64,000 bases of DNA from Selaginella moellendorffii (lineage: Eukaryota; Plantae; Lycopodiophyta): NCBI RefSeq assembly GCF_000143415.4, contig NW_003314283.1, positions 670,822 to 734,821 of the forward strand. The letters run 5' to 3'. The notes below the pieces were generated by a model. It was given only the letters and a program-made list of their open reading frames with translations. It had not been told where the DNA came from and ran no database searches. Of the stretch, positions 24,076 through 36,100 are shown one piece after another. The position numbers were made by a program, and so were the translations under genes. Position 1 is the first letter of the stretch, and the number at the start of each line of letters is the position of its first letter.

Positions 24076-24799
24076 GATGGATGATAACTCTATGCAAATG
24101 GATGGATGCCAAAGAACTAGATTGATGGATCGAGCTGGAAAGTGATCCTAGAGTTCCAGTAGGATGATAGATCTATATCATTCAGTCCACCAACGCTTTG
24201 AAAGCTTTGGTATCGGAGTGCAAGCAATCACTCGGACTGTGACACGGAAGCCGAATGCCACCAAAGAAAAGACGATGTTATCGGGTATTATTCCAAGAGC
24301 GTTGCGACGTATGTACGCATGTCAGGAAGGCAGCCGCTTTGTCGTTCTACAGTCTTTTCTTTTTAATTCCATTACCCTTTTTTTTTTTTGTATATTTTTA
24401 TAAAGCCAGGAACACTGCATCATTCTAACGGTGGTTGTGAATTATAATATTATATAGTTCCAGACAAAAACAACGACCGGCTTCCCAAAAGTTCTATTGT
24501 TATAGTGGCCATTTTGATCCTTTCGTTGCACTGCAAACGGTGAGAATGGGACCGTGAATTAAAACATCATTGTCAAAGGTCCACACCACCTTCAACGTAA
24601 TTAGTAGCACAAACTCAAACACACAGAACAAACAAAAGGAAACATGGCTAGTTGCGACAAATATGATGGAATCAAATTCATTCTTCATACAGAGAAACGA
24701 AACAGTTAAAAAACAGAAGGCTCAAAATACACACTACACATTTATTCACTCTGAAAATTAGCTATGTTCAGTTTAAATCTAGATTAATACATACAAATA

Positions 24800-25120
24800 C
24801 TTGCCAATCTTGTTTTGCCCCAAGCTGAATCTACACGGGACATCTTATCATTTTATATTTATCACAGACCCAGAAGTTGGAGTCTTTGGTACTTCAAATC
24901 AAATACTCTTAATGTAAGATGACTGCCGTTTTCTACTATGGTAAGATATCAATTTGGAGCTCAAGAACATATAGGATAAGTGTTGATTAGGGCTTTATGG
25001 AGCATTTCATATTAAATCGTTATGGTCAGAAAGTTATTGCAAGCCCCAACCAGATTGTGTTACACTTTCAGAATTTACACTCAAACAAAACTGGTTTATG
25101 AATATGGATAGCCAAATCTT
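24800..25120 (+). pseudogene. Third, deleted copy of the lectin gene
   Basis: Matches 21500-21590 and 21790-22040 (e.g. cagacccagaagttggagtctttggt) with deletions and stops. Confidence 0.85.
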
Positions 25121-25215
25121 CATATTACAATATTGCCACATCAACCGGGTTATAACATGTCATAGCAGTGTGACTTGTGGTATCACAGTCTTGCTCACGT
25201 TTCTAAAGCAAGAAA

Positions 25216-26073
25216 ATGCCGAACTTCTTTGGTGTCACTCGACTTGGACCTCCAGACCTGTTTGCTTGTAGTTCCAAGGAGCATTGCTCTCGATGTGACC
25301 AAAAGCCCCGAAAGGGCATTGCCGAGACGCCACTGTATCGCTTCATTGAGGCGTTCCAGGAGCGCCAAGAGACCGAGAATCTGTCGCAGCAAGTGAGACG
25401 AGTTAACGTTCCACAGGTGATTGAGAAAGCTCTGGGTAGAAAACTGGATGATCAAGAGGCGCAGTCTATGGTAGAGTAAGGTCTTTTCCTCGAAATGTGG
25501 TTTGCTCGTGTAAAAGCATGCTTGTTTCTAGTGTAGACACTTTCGACTCAATATTGGGAACATAAGCTTGGGAGAGTTTGAGTTTTGTATGAAGAGATTC
25601 CACCATGCTCAAGGTATGAATCCATGAGACGAAAGAATCCATCGTGAAACGTTTTTGGGATTCAAGGTGAGGCTGACGCTGCAGCCCAAGACAAATGCAA
25701 AGGAAGAGCCTGCGGTAAGAACAGAGATCACCATTTTCTCTTTCTCGTATGAATGGAATGGAATGTCCCAAACAGGTGGTGATTATGAGATTCCAAAGAG
25801 AAAGTCCAGTGCTGCGGTGCGAAAACTATCGTTTCCTCTCTGGATCTTGATGGAAGTTCTCTTGGTTCGCAGATCGCAGGGCTCAAAGTGAAACACATTC
25901 GCAACAATTTCGCTCCAGTGGACGTGCTCCAATACCCTCTCACCGAGAGCCAGGAAATTGGATGGGATATCGAGGCGAGAACAAAGCCCAAAGACGAGTA
26001 CTACCCTCGCAAGCAAGAGGACGTCACGAGAAGCGAAGGGATTTGCCTGGAAAACTACTATCCCACATTCTAG
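25216..26073 (+). CDS. Small multi-exon protein resembling ciliary microtubule inner proteins (TEX49/FAM183-type motifs)
   Basis: N-terminus MPNFFGVTRLGP and C-terminus YPLTESQEIGW...YYPRKQEDVTR; about 5 exons with GT-AG sites. Family call is from remembered motifs. Confidence 0.6.
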
Positions 26074-26173
26074 GAGCTCTAGCCCTAAACTTTAAAAAAG
26101 CGAATATGCTATTTCTAGAATATGCTTCTACTTAAGAAGCATGTTTCTGTAGAGCTCTAGGGTTTGAGCGAAA

Positions 26174-28177
26174 ATGTCCCAAATGGACGATGACGGAGCT
26201 GCGCTGAGCGATTTCGAGGACGACGATCTGGAGGCCGCGCCGGTAGTGGTGCCGTCGAGATCTCAGGCGGCCGATCCGGTGGAGGATAGCGATGCGAGGT
26301 ATGTGCTCCTCAAGAAGGAGCTGGATCGGCATCTGGAGGGCGAGAATGAGCTGAGGAAAGCCCTGGCGGATTCCTCCGAGAGGCTGGAACAGGTAGTGAA
26401 GCAGCGGGACGATGCACAGAGGCAGTTGGAAAATATTTCGAGGCAGAGGGAGGATGCGAGCAAGGCCAGGACGGAGATCGAGACGTCGGCTAAGCTGTTG
26501 ATCGCTGGGGCGGAGAAGCTCACGGGTCTGGTCGGAGACAACAAGGGATTTACGGGAGGATTTCCAAGATCGTCCAAGTACACCGGCCTCGCAGCGATCT
26601 GCCATGGGTTTTGCAAGAGGACCGAGGAGCTCATGGAGGAGGTTTTGAAGCAGCGTGACGCTGCCATCAAGAGCAGGAACGAAGCTCGGAGCCAGATGGA
26701 GCAGAGGAACTACCAGATTGCTATCGAGGTTTCCCAGCTTGAGGCTTCGGTGGTTCGATCAAAGGAGGAGCTGGAGAGGAGAAGTTCGGAGTGGGAGAAG
26801 CTATCGACGGAGAAGCTGGGCGTGCAACGCGAGCTGGAAGAAAAGCTTGCGGCGACGTCCAGGGAGGTGGAGAACTTGAAAAAGAAATGTGAGAGCACGG
26901 AGGCTGGAGCTAGATCTTTGGAGAGCGACTTGGATGACTTGAGGAAGAAGCTCGTGGAGCAGATGAAAGGCTACCTTGCAACCGAGGAATCCGTCGTGAA
27001 TTTTCTGCAGAAGATCGAGGGAAAGGCTGTGAAGGCTGTTCCCGAGCTACCATTTTCGAACTTCAGCGACGCGGAAAGAGTTCACAAAGAATATTTGAGA
27101 CGAGTCCAGTCTATTTCTGATACGTTGGCTCACATGAAGAACAGCTGGGAGGAGAAGGAAGAGCTAAGACTGAAAGAGAAAGCTGACGTTGAGAATGAAC
27201 TACAGCGTTTGTCGCAGCGGGAGAAGGACATGGTTTCTTTCTTGAAAAACTCGTTGTTTGAGAGGAAAGACACGGGCGAGGAAGTAGACATGCCAACTCT
27301 AGTACGTATATATTTGCGGAAGCTTTTTCTTAGATTGTTTTTACAGGCCAATGTCATGGACAGTGAGCTGAGGAGCACGAGGTTGAAGGTTTTGGATTCA
27401 GAAAGACAACTAGCCGACGCGAGGTTGGTGCTTTTCTTATCTCTTGACCGACTAAAGTTTTTTCTTTTCCCAGCATGGAGATTGAGAAGATGAAGAAACT
27501 TTCATCGTTGCAAGGAAAAGATTTGGCAGCAAAGACGGCACGCGTTCAAGAACTTGAACTGAGATATGGAATTGTTTCGGAAAATGTATATCGCTTGTTT
27601 TTGCCTCGAGTTCTTTTCTGACTTCTCATGTATCAGGTCGAGGGGCTTACCGCGGAGATTGCTGCCGCAGAAGAAGAGTTATTGCGATGGAAGAAAGCGG
27701 CTACAGAGGAGGCAGCTGCTGGCGTAGCAATCCTGGAGGAAGTCGAAAAGTGCAATCAAGAGGTTATCATAATTCTCATTTCTCTTTTCCTTGTAAGGCT
27801 AATCAACTCGCATGTCATGCCAGATTACAACGCTGAACCAGCTGGTGGTTCATCTCAGACAGTCGCTAGAAGAGGCGAATAGCAAGCTTCAATCGAAAGA
27901 AGAGATGGCAGCAGCCGCAATAGCTGCCCGTAACGCGGCTGACAGGTCACTAAAGATTGCCGACGAAAGAGCAGCGGAGCTTAGGGAGCGCCTCGAAGAG
28001 ATGTCACGGCAGCTGGAGGACGTAGAAGCTCAAGTGGAGAGGAGTAGAATCTGCGGGGGAAAGCTTCTGGAGGTGTTTCCATGGCTGCAGGGAAGAATCA
28101 GTAGTTACAGGGCCAATCTCAGGCAGGCGACTGTTCCTTCGGCTGAGATGGAAGAGCTCACGGAACCTTTGGTGTAA
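26174..28177 (+). CDS. Plant coiled-coil protein, At1g24560 (PUF2)/At3g49055-like
   Basis: PRSSKYTGL, ARSQMEQRNYQIAIEVSQLEA, AAEEELLRWKKAATEEAAAG and C-terminal EMEELTEPLV; about 5 exons. Confidence 0.8.
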
Positions 28178-28218
28178 ATATACGTTCTCCAGCTTCAGGT
28201 AATTCGTGCTTTCTTATT

Positions 28219-29161
28219 TTACGTTTGGCATCGGTTCCTGCCTTTTGCAATTAAGTATATTTCTCGCGACGTAGATCTCGATGCTTTCGGTCTTAACCAC
28301 GACACTGATCTGAAGTATTTGTTACAGTAGTCCGGAAAGCCTACATGAACAAGTACAACATGAGATAGAGGACGGAAAATCGAGCAGCAGATCCTCTTAC
28401 CTTGGCTCTCTTCACCTTCGAGCAGCTTGATTACGAGGCTTCCAGACGGTACAAGCAAGCCATTTACTTTCTTGGTGCTATCTCTCTCGTCATCAGGGTG
28501 AAAGCCAAGCGCCAGTTCTAGAGCTCGAGAGCCAAGCTCGGCGGAAAGCGTCGCGTCTTTGAAGCCAATGCCTGAGACACTGGGACACATGTCGGAGAGA
28601 ATGACATTATATGCTTTCTGCGAACACAAGTACGTACTCTTCTTCAAAAAGAAGAAATAAAAGAACTGATTTTTACCTCTGGTGTCATGGCAGCCAGTGT
28701 CTCGGGTTTGATCTTCATCACGTCTGCGGCAATGGCTTTCACCCGGTGATCGGTGTGGTCTCCTGGAACATTGATTTTCTAAAGCAAAGGTAAACGCAAA
28801 TTTCAAAGTAGAAGACGGAAAGAGCTTACTTTGGTGTCGACACCAACAACGACTCCACCTTGGTCGCGTGTTCCCAAGTTCTGGCAAGCCACCTGAAAGA
28901 ACCAGTGTAAGCCAAGTTTGTGTTTTTCAATCTTATTTCTGTCACACTAACCTGTAGCCACGCACCAGGAGCACACCCAAGGTCCAGAATGGCCGCTCCG
29001 GGCTTGAGTATCCGGTGCTTCTCTTGGATCTCCACCAGCTGATTGATCCAACAAAGATCAAGGAGTTACTATGTAGTGGGTCTTACCTTGAAGGCCGATC
29101 GAGCAACATATCGAAGCCGGAGCGCCTCCTTGTAGAAGAAATCTGGGACATGCGAAGCCAT
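28219..29161 (-). CDS. FtsJ/RrmJ-family rRNA 2'-O-methyltransferase (probably organellar)
   Basis: Exon 1 [25 protein letters not shown], then [29 protein letters not shown] and SREIYLI, giving the K-D-K-E tetrad. Confidence 0.92.
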
Positions 29162-29190
29162 AGCGACGCAACAGACCTAAAAATGTTGTG

Positions 29191-31577
29191 ATGTACCTGA
29201 GGATCAAGCGAGCAACCACGTTGGTGGTAAGTTCTCTTCTTCTTTTTCTTTCGTAAGCTTTTAATGGCTTTGTTTGTAGGCTGTGGCTGTGAGGAGGAGA
29301 AGCATAATTACGCTGAGCAAAGAAGAACTTGCCAAAGAATCGGACGTGTTGGAGTTTCTCGATAGCTTACACAAGGGGAAGCTCTCGCGGAACGAAGCAA
29401 ACTACGCACAGGCTCTACACGCGTGTACCAAGCTCAAAGCTCTAGACTTGGGCCGGCAAGTGCATCTCGAGATACAGAGAAGTGGACTCGAAGAGAATTT
29501 GCAGCTGGGGAATCACGTCATCAACATGTATGCCAAGTGTGGAAGCCTGGCAGAAGCTCGGGCTTTCTTTGACAAGCTAAGTCCCGAGAGACGGAACGTT
29601 TTCACTTGGACGGCGGTTATGTCAGCATATGCCCAAACGGGACACTGCAAGGAGACTGTGAAGCTGCTGGGTTTGATGCTGCTCGAGGCTGCCGTGAGGC
29701 CGGACAGGGTGGTCTTCATCATAATGCTCGAAAGTTGCTCCGGTACTGAAGATCTTCCAGAGGGTCGGATGATCCACCGTTTGGCCGTCGAGTGCGGGCT
29801 TGTCTCACAAGTTATGGTCGCCAACGCTCTCATCAACATGTACCGCAAGTGTGGGAGCCCGGTGCTTGCTCTTCAGACTTTTCAGTCGATCGAGGCCCCC
29901 AATATCATCTCCTGGACGTCGGCAATCGAGGCACAGTCACAAAACTTCTGCGGTGGGCAGGCACTACACTTGTTCCACCGCATGCAGCTCGAAGGAGTGA
30001 GGCCCAACCTCATCACCTTTGCAGTGGTTCTAGAGGCTTGCGACTCTTCCAGGTTCTTGGACGATGCCAGGCTACTACACAGGTTGGCTATGGAGAATGG
30101 CTTTGACGGGGACTCGGTCGTCGGCACCATTCTCGTTCGTACTTACGTCCTGTGCAAAAGCTTGGACGACGCTCGAAGAACTTTCGATGGCTTGAAGCTC
30201 AAGAGTTTGGTCTCGTGGACGGCAATGATCCAGGCGTATGCTGAGAAGGGACTAGACAAGGAAGCATTCTATTTGTACCGTGGAATGAGACAGGAAGGTC
30301 TACAACCGGATCGAGTAAGCTATCTTCTCATGCTAGGCACTTGCGACCGTCCAGAGAAGCTGGAAGTTGGAAAGAGGATCCACTCTGAGCTAGCAGCAGG
30401 AGGTTTTCAGAGGGATACCGCCGTGCAAATCGCTCTGGTGACTATGTATGGTCGGTGCGGGGATTTAGAGGCGTCAGCTTCGGTGTTCTCGACGATCGAA
30501 AGAAGCTGTGACGACGAGATCTCCTGGAACGCCATGCTTGGAGCGTATGGCCAGAACGGACACCCGGACGAGGCATTTGCTCTCTTCCGCAAGTTCATGC
30601 TCTTGGGACTCAAGCCCAGCAGGCCCAGCTTCCTCACCATCCTCGGCCTCTGCGAGCGTCTACACACTGCCAGGACTCTCCACGAGAACATCGTGGAGAG
30701 TGGACTAGAGCACGAGTTCACCATCCAGACGGCTCTCATCAGCTGCTATGGCAAGTGCGGGGGGCTGGACGACGCAAAAAAAATCTTCGACGGCATGGAG
30801 GAGTGGAACCAGGCGTCGTGCAACGCGATGATGGCAGCGTTTTCTCAGCGGGGGCAGTGCGGCCGAGCGATGGAGCTCCTCCGGAGGATGCTACTAGCAG
30901 GAGTGAAGCCGACGGAGTCGACGCTAGTGGCAGCTCTCGACGCCTGCGCCGCCGCCAGCTCCGCCGCCCATGGCCGGCACGTCCACTCGCTCATCGATCA
31001 GGCAAAGCAGCTGGAGACCAACGTGGTGCTCGGGAACGCTCTGGCGCAGATGTATGGAAAGTGTGGGAGGCTGGAGGAGGCTTGCGAGGTGTTCCACCGG
31101 GTGTGGAGCCACGACGTGGTGTCCTGGACGGGGATTGTCGAGACACACGCGAGGTATGGCCGGGGTGGCGAGGCTTTGCTCCTCTTCTACAAGATGCAGC
31201 AGGATGGAAGCCGGCCAAACAACATCAGCTTTACGTGCATCCTCTCGGCTTGCAGCCACGCCGGGCTCGTTCGCGAAGGCTGCCAGTTGTTTGAGTCGCT
31301 GGTGAGAGACCATGGTTTGGTTCCCTCGGAGCTCAACTTCGGGTGCTTGGTTGATCTGCTGGGACGTGCTGGGAGACTGGATTTGGCCGAGGGGTGCTTG
31401 AGCAGGGTGGCTCTTGACAGGAACTTGAGGATGGTTTTGCTGGGGGCTTGTAGGAATCAGGGTGATGTGGAGAGAGGGAGGAGGGTTGTGGGGGATGTGT
31501 TTGCTGCCAAGGATTCGAGCTCGGAAGCTGGCTATGTTCTTCTTTCGAATTTGTATGCTGCTTCTACGAAGAAATGA
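29191..31577 (+). CDS. PLS-class pentatricopeptide repeat protein with E domain, no DYW
   Basis: Tandem P/L/S repeats (MYAKCGSL, WNAMLGAYGQNG), ILSACSHAGL and AGYVLLSNLY. A 12-codon first exon (29191-29226) splices in frame to 29280. Confidence 0.93.
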
Positions 31578-31806
31578 TTTTAGAAGTGTTTGTTTAAATA
31601 ATATTATTAAGGCCAGTGACATCGTCCACGTAGTACTTCACCCAAGTATAAAATGTATTTTTAAGTCATACACGATTTACTTTATTCTATTAATAGAAGA
31701 TAATAAAAGACGCGGCTTTGACGAAGAAACACCCGGTTTTTCTTATGCAGGGCACATCACATTTTATTTATTTATTTTGGTCTCCTTGAATCCATTGCAA
31801 ATCCTC

Positions 31807-32051
31807 TCAGCAGCAGCAGCAGAGGATGTCGAGGCAGCACTCGCAAGTCTCATAACACATGAAACAGCAGCACGCCGCGAAGAGGCTACAAAACTCCAAC
31901 CGAAAAGCTTACAGATCTCCACTCGAAAATTGGCAACAAAAGATTGGAGGGGAAGAAGTAGAATTTACCATGCGTACAAGCAGCCCCTGTCCTCGCTCCT
32001 CTTTTGTATGTGGTCGCTGGCGCTCATCTGCTGGGCCTCTGGCGCATACAT
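31807..32051 (-). CDS. Cadmium tolerance (CDT1-like) Cys-rich peptide, copy A, 2 exons
   Basis: Manual splicing gives [53 protein letters not shown]. Confidence 0.88.
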
Positions 32052-32288
32052 CCTCTTCTCTCTCGCAAAAGGTATGAATTGGAGGAAAATAGAAAAGGTC
32101 TAATAAAGTACGTCTAGATGCGCATATCCGCAGCATCTAAAATCTCAACCGTTAGTTCTCACCAACGGTGTGGATTTAACGCGCGTGCAAAAGCTTACAA
32201 AATCTATTTTGCTTAAACCAAAACTGTAAAAACACGTTTAGAATCTAACTTTTTTACTTTATAGATAGAGAAACTCTTCGAATAGTTC

Positions 32289-32519
32289 TCAGCAGCAGCA
32301 GCAGAGCATGAGGCAGCACTCACAAGCCTCATAGCACATAAAGCAGCAGCAGCCCGTAAAGAGGCTACAAAAGACCAACCAAAACGCTCACTCGAAAATC
32401 CGAGCAAAGATCTAGCAAAGCAAAAGTGGAATTTACCATGCGTACAAGCAGCCCCTGTCCTCGCTCCTCGTTTGTATGCGGTCGCCAGAGCTCATTTGCT
32501 GGGCCTCTGGCGCATACAT
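32289..32519 (-). CDS. Cadmium tolerance (CDT1-like) Cys-rich peptide, copy B, 2 exons
   Basis: Manual splicing gives [52 protein letters not shown]; tandem duplicate with the same intron position. Confidence 0.88.
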
Positions 32520-33193
32520 CTTCTCCTTCTCCCTTGCAAAAGGTATGAAAAAACTAGAACACCGAGGATATCCGCGGCATCTAAAATCTCAGCCGTTAGC
32601 CCTCACCAACGGCGAGGATATAAGGCACGCGAGAATTCCTCTTTCGGGAATCTAGGGCTCGCTGATTAGATTCGTTTCTTCCATAGCGATGGCGGCGCTA
32701 TGGGGAGGAGTTTGGGCGAGCTCGAATACCGAGCACGAGCACTAACAGAAAGCCCGTGAGGGGATTCGTTCCCACGGGTTCACTTGGGTGCTTACAATCT
32801 TCTTTTCCTTTGCTGAGTGAGTGTTTCGTTCCATCATTTGGCAAAAGGCACAGAATCTCTCCTTTCTGTGTTTTTAATGCTGGTGGAACAAGATGAAACA
32901 AAACCTTGCATTCGTTTCAACCAGATTGTGGCTCTCCACAGCCTCTCTGGCGTACAAAGATGCATACAAGAAAAAAAAAACCATCGAAGTGAATCTCTCC
33001 TGTCCTGTGCTAGCAAAACACTACAAAACTTTGAGAATAAAAAAAAAGCTCAAAGCTCATCTTTGCGATCCATTCTCACACCAATCTTTGCGATCCTTTC
33101 TCACGATGAAACTCAACCTGGACGAGCCTGGAAAGAGAAGTAGAAAGTTTATCTCGAGCTAGCATGGCATACCTCTATACCTCGAGAGATCTT

Positions 33194-36100
33194 TCAGTAA
33201 GTCTTGGAAGGATCGGTTCGTCTCATGCCTTGCCTGCTGTAATACGGCGTCTGCTCGATCGTTCTACTCACGTACTCCGTGTAAGGCTGCGGCGGAGTCC
33301 TGCTATACGTTCTGTATTGGACGGGAGTTTGGATGGTGTCGTCCACGGCTCCATTCACCAGTACTCCCGAGGCACCGTCGTCCTGGACGACTTGCGCGAC
33401 CAGCGGCCGCCTTCGCGTTGGCGATGGCGTCGCCGGCGAGCTTCGGAGAGATCGCGGGAGGTCCAGGAGTTTGGTGCACAGGAACACGGGGAGGACGATC
33501 GCCACCAGAGTTATGACCGCCACCGTGAAGATCTGCTGGGACAGCGCTGCCACGTTAAATTGCCCGGCATCGTAAGCCATCGAAATCTCTTCGCGCTGGC
33601 CTGTATGATAGACAACGGACTTTGTAAGATCTCACACAAGTTCACCACGATGTAAATGCTTACCCGTAGTAGTCAGCAAAAAGACCAACTTGTCTGTGAA
33701 ACTCTTGTCTTCCTCGAGCAGCAGCACCTGAATAAGCAACAGCGTTGTACGTTCCCGTGTCCAAATGCCAAATATCCTGCACATACCTCGTAAACCGCAT
33801 GGCCGCAAACACCCGGCTCTTCTGTCCTGGTGAGCCTTTTCACCTCAACTGCATCCTTACGTTGCCATGAAACGGCAATCGCTCCTGAGAATCAAAGCGA
33901 TCAAACCAAGCCGGTACTACCACAAGGATACGTACCTACGGTTCCCACCACGGCTATCCTGCTCTTGTTCGACGTGACGGACAATTGAAGCTAAGAAGAA
34001 GAAAAGAACGCATCACATCGAGTGCCGAATGGAGCAACTGCATACCTGTGAAGGTGTGTCGATTATAGAAAATCCTCCAGCGAAGGTACAATCAGCAGAC
34101 CCAGCAACGCTTGGCGTTCGAGAAAGCACTGCTGTTACTGACATGCCTATCCGTCCTTTTGCATCACCCCGGTCTCTAGTAGCTCTCTTTGATTTCAGTT
34201 CTTGGTGCAAGTTATATGAAAGTTTCTCTGGCGCGTAGGGGAAAAACAAACAGTAGAACGTGCCTGAATCTGGATCATGCCACGGAGCTGCACGCCTGTA
34301 AAAAAACAGTGTTTACAACAGGTAACGCCAAGGTAATTCTTACCCAATGAACGATGGATCGACTTTGCAATCATAAGAAATAGGTCTACTTTCGCCGATC
34401 ACACCGACATCGTCTCCATGCGTATCTCTGAGTAACAGCACAAAACGTTAATAGATCAACTGTAAGAAGCCAACGTACTTGAATTTGACAGTAAATTTGT
34501 AGCCTTGGTCAGGGAAAGGAGCATTGGTGACGAATGGAAATGATGGAGCTTCAACAGTGACAGTGGATATGCCCACCACACTTAGAGATGTGTATGCTGT
34601 CAAACGTGAGCCGTTGAAGCTTACTGCAGAAAAAAAAGGAAATAAAGATTACTCCCAGCGAGTTAAGACCAAAACATCCTTACCAACAGTAGAGCCTTCC
34701 GAGAGAGCCTCGGCTTCCCCTGTGCGACTGTTCACAAGAACAATATGCTCGTTTCCACTAGACCATTGGCCGCGGTCCAGTGAAGAAACACCAGATGATA
34801 GAAAGCCTGTGTAGACGAAAGTAAGAACATTATGGGCAAATACACGCGTTACCTTTCCCAGCAATGGAAAAGTTTACACGATCTCCAATACGCATAACTG
34901 GATTACGTGGATAGACATATGCACCCACAAAAACCTGGAGAAACTTTGTTAAAACTGAAAAATACTATCACATGCTACTGTACCAGGATGTAATCGGCAA
35001 TGTCGACTTTCTGCTTTTGAGATATACGGATTAATGCTTTACCTTGCCGCAAGGCCTATGAGAAAGAAATATAATAATGATAGAAACTCAAGAGAAGCAA
35101 TACCTGCACAACAATCGCTACAGTCGTCGAACCACCAGAAGCTTCAAGCTTTGTGGCCTTCAAAGAAACCACATCAGCACGGTTCGTCTCTAGGGACAGC
35201 GGCAAAGACTCCAAATCTACTTCGAAAAACGGTGTTCCTGGAGGCACAATTTTTTTAGTGTCGCCTTTCGATGATCGAAATTTCAGCACCTATATTGTCG
35301 CGCAAATTAACAATAAAAGTATGTTGTGTTCCGACAGAAAGTTCGGAAACATGAACTCTGTCCCCAACAGTCATTTGTGCCACCTGTTTAAACAAAGCGT
35401 TCATTACGTGCAAGAAAGAAAGGATCTGATAATGTACCTCTGCAACTCTGACACACACAGCAATCTCGGATCGGCCAGCATCTCTGTCTTTCGCATGTAT
35501 ACAGGCAACATCCATCCTGTCAGCTGTGTTGATACGTCCATCGTCAATAGTGAATATTTCGCTGCCGGCAACTCCGTCCTGAGAAAGATATCAACAACGC
35601 TGAGGCTTGAAAAGAAGTCGAAATAGAGACGTACATGCATCAGAGTATATGTAATCGCTCGAGTTGTCAATCCATCTACCACCCGCTGAGGCAGTAATTT
35701 TGAAGATCTGTGGCCTGGGGGAAGTACCCAGGTCGCCAGCATTCCAAGTGCCAATGGAGGATCGGGGATCACAGAGATCGATCCTGATGCTGAATAATTT
35801 TTGGGAACCGAATGCCCGCCCAGGGTATGGAATTGACAAATAAAGCTCACAGAAACAGTGGTCATACCAGCAGATCTGAAACACATAAAGTTGTCAGTAT
35901 TTTTCAAACAGCATAAAAATGAACTGACTTTCCAAAAACTCTTGCAGAGAAACCTGCATCAACTAGGCAGGTGGATTCGCTACCTCCATCAGGAAGCTTC
36001 TGAGTATGACCTGAACTAGCCGGCTTTACGCTTTCCAGTTGCAGAACCTAAAACGCTTAACCAGTAAACGCAAATAAATTGTGAAAGTGTTTACCTCCTC

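Noticed and set aside
31462-32103. 213-aa + strand ORF
   Set aside because: Spans the PPR 3' end, an AT-rich spacer and the antisense of a CDT gene; chance frame.
32689-33162. Short ATG-initiated ORFs between CDT and GP210
   Set aside because: No coherent gene model or motif could be built.
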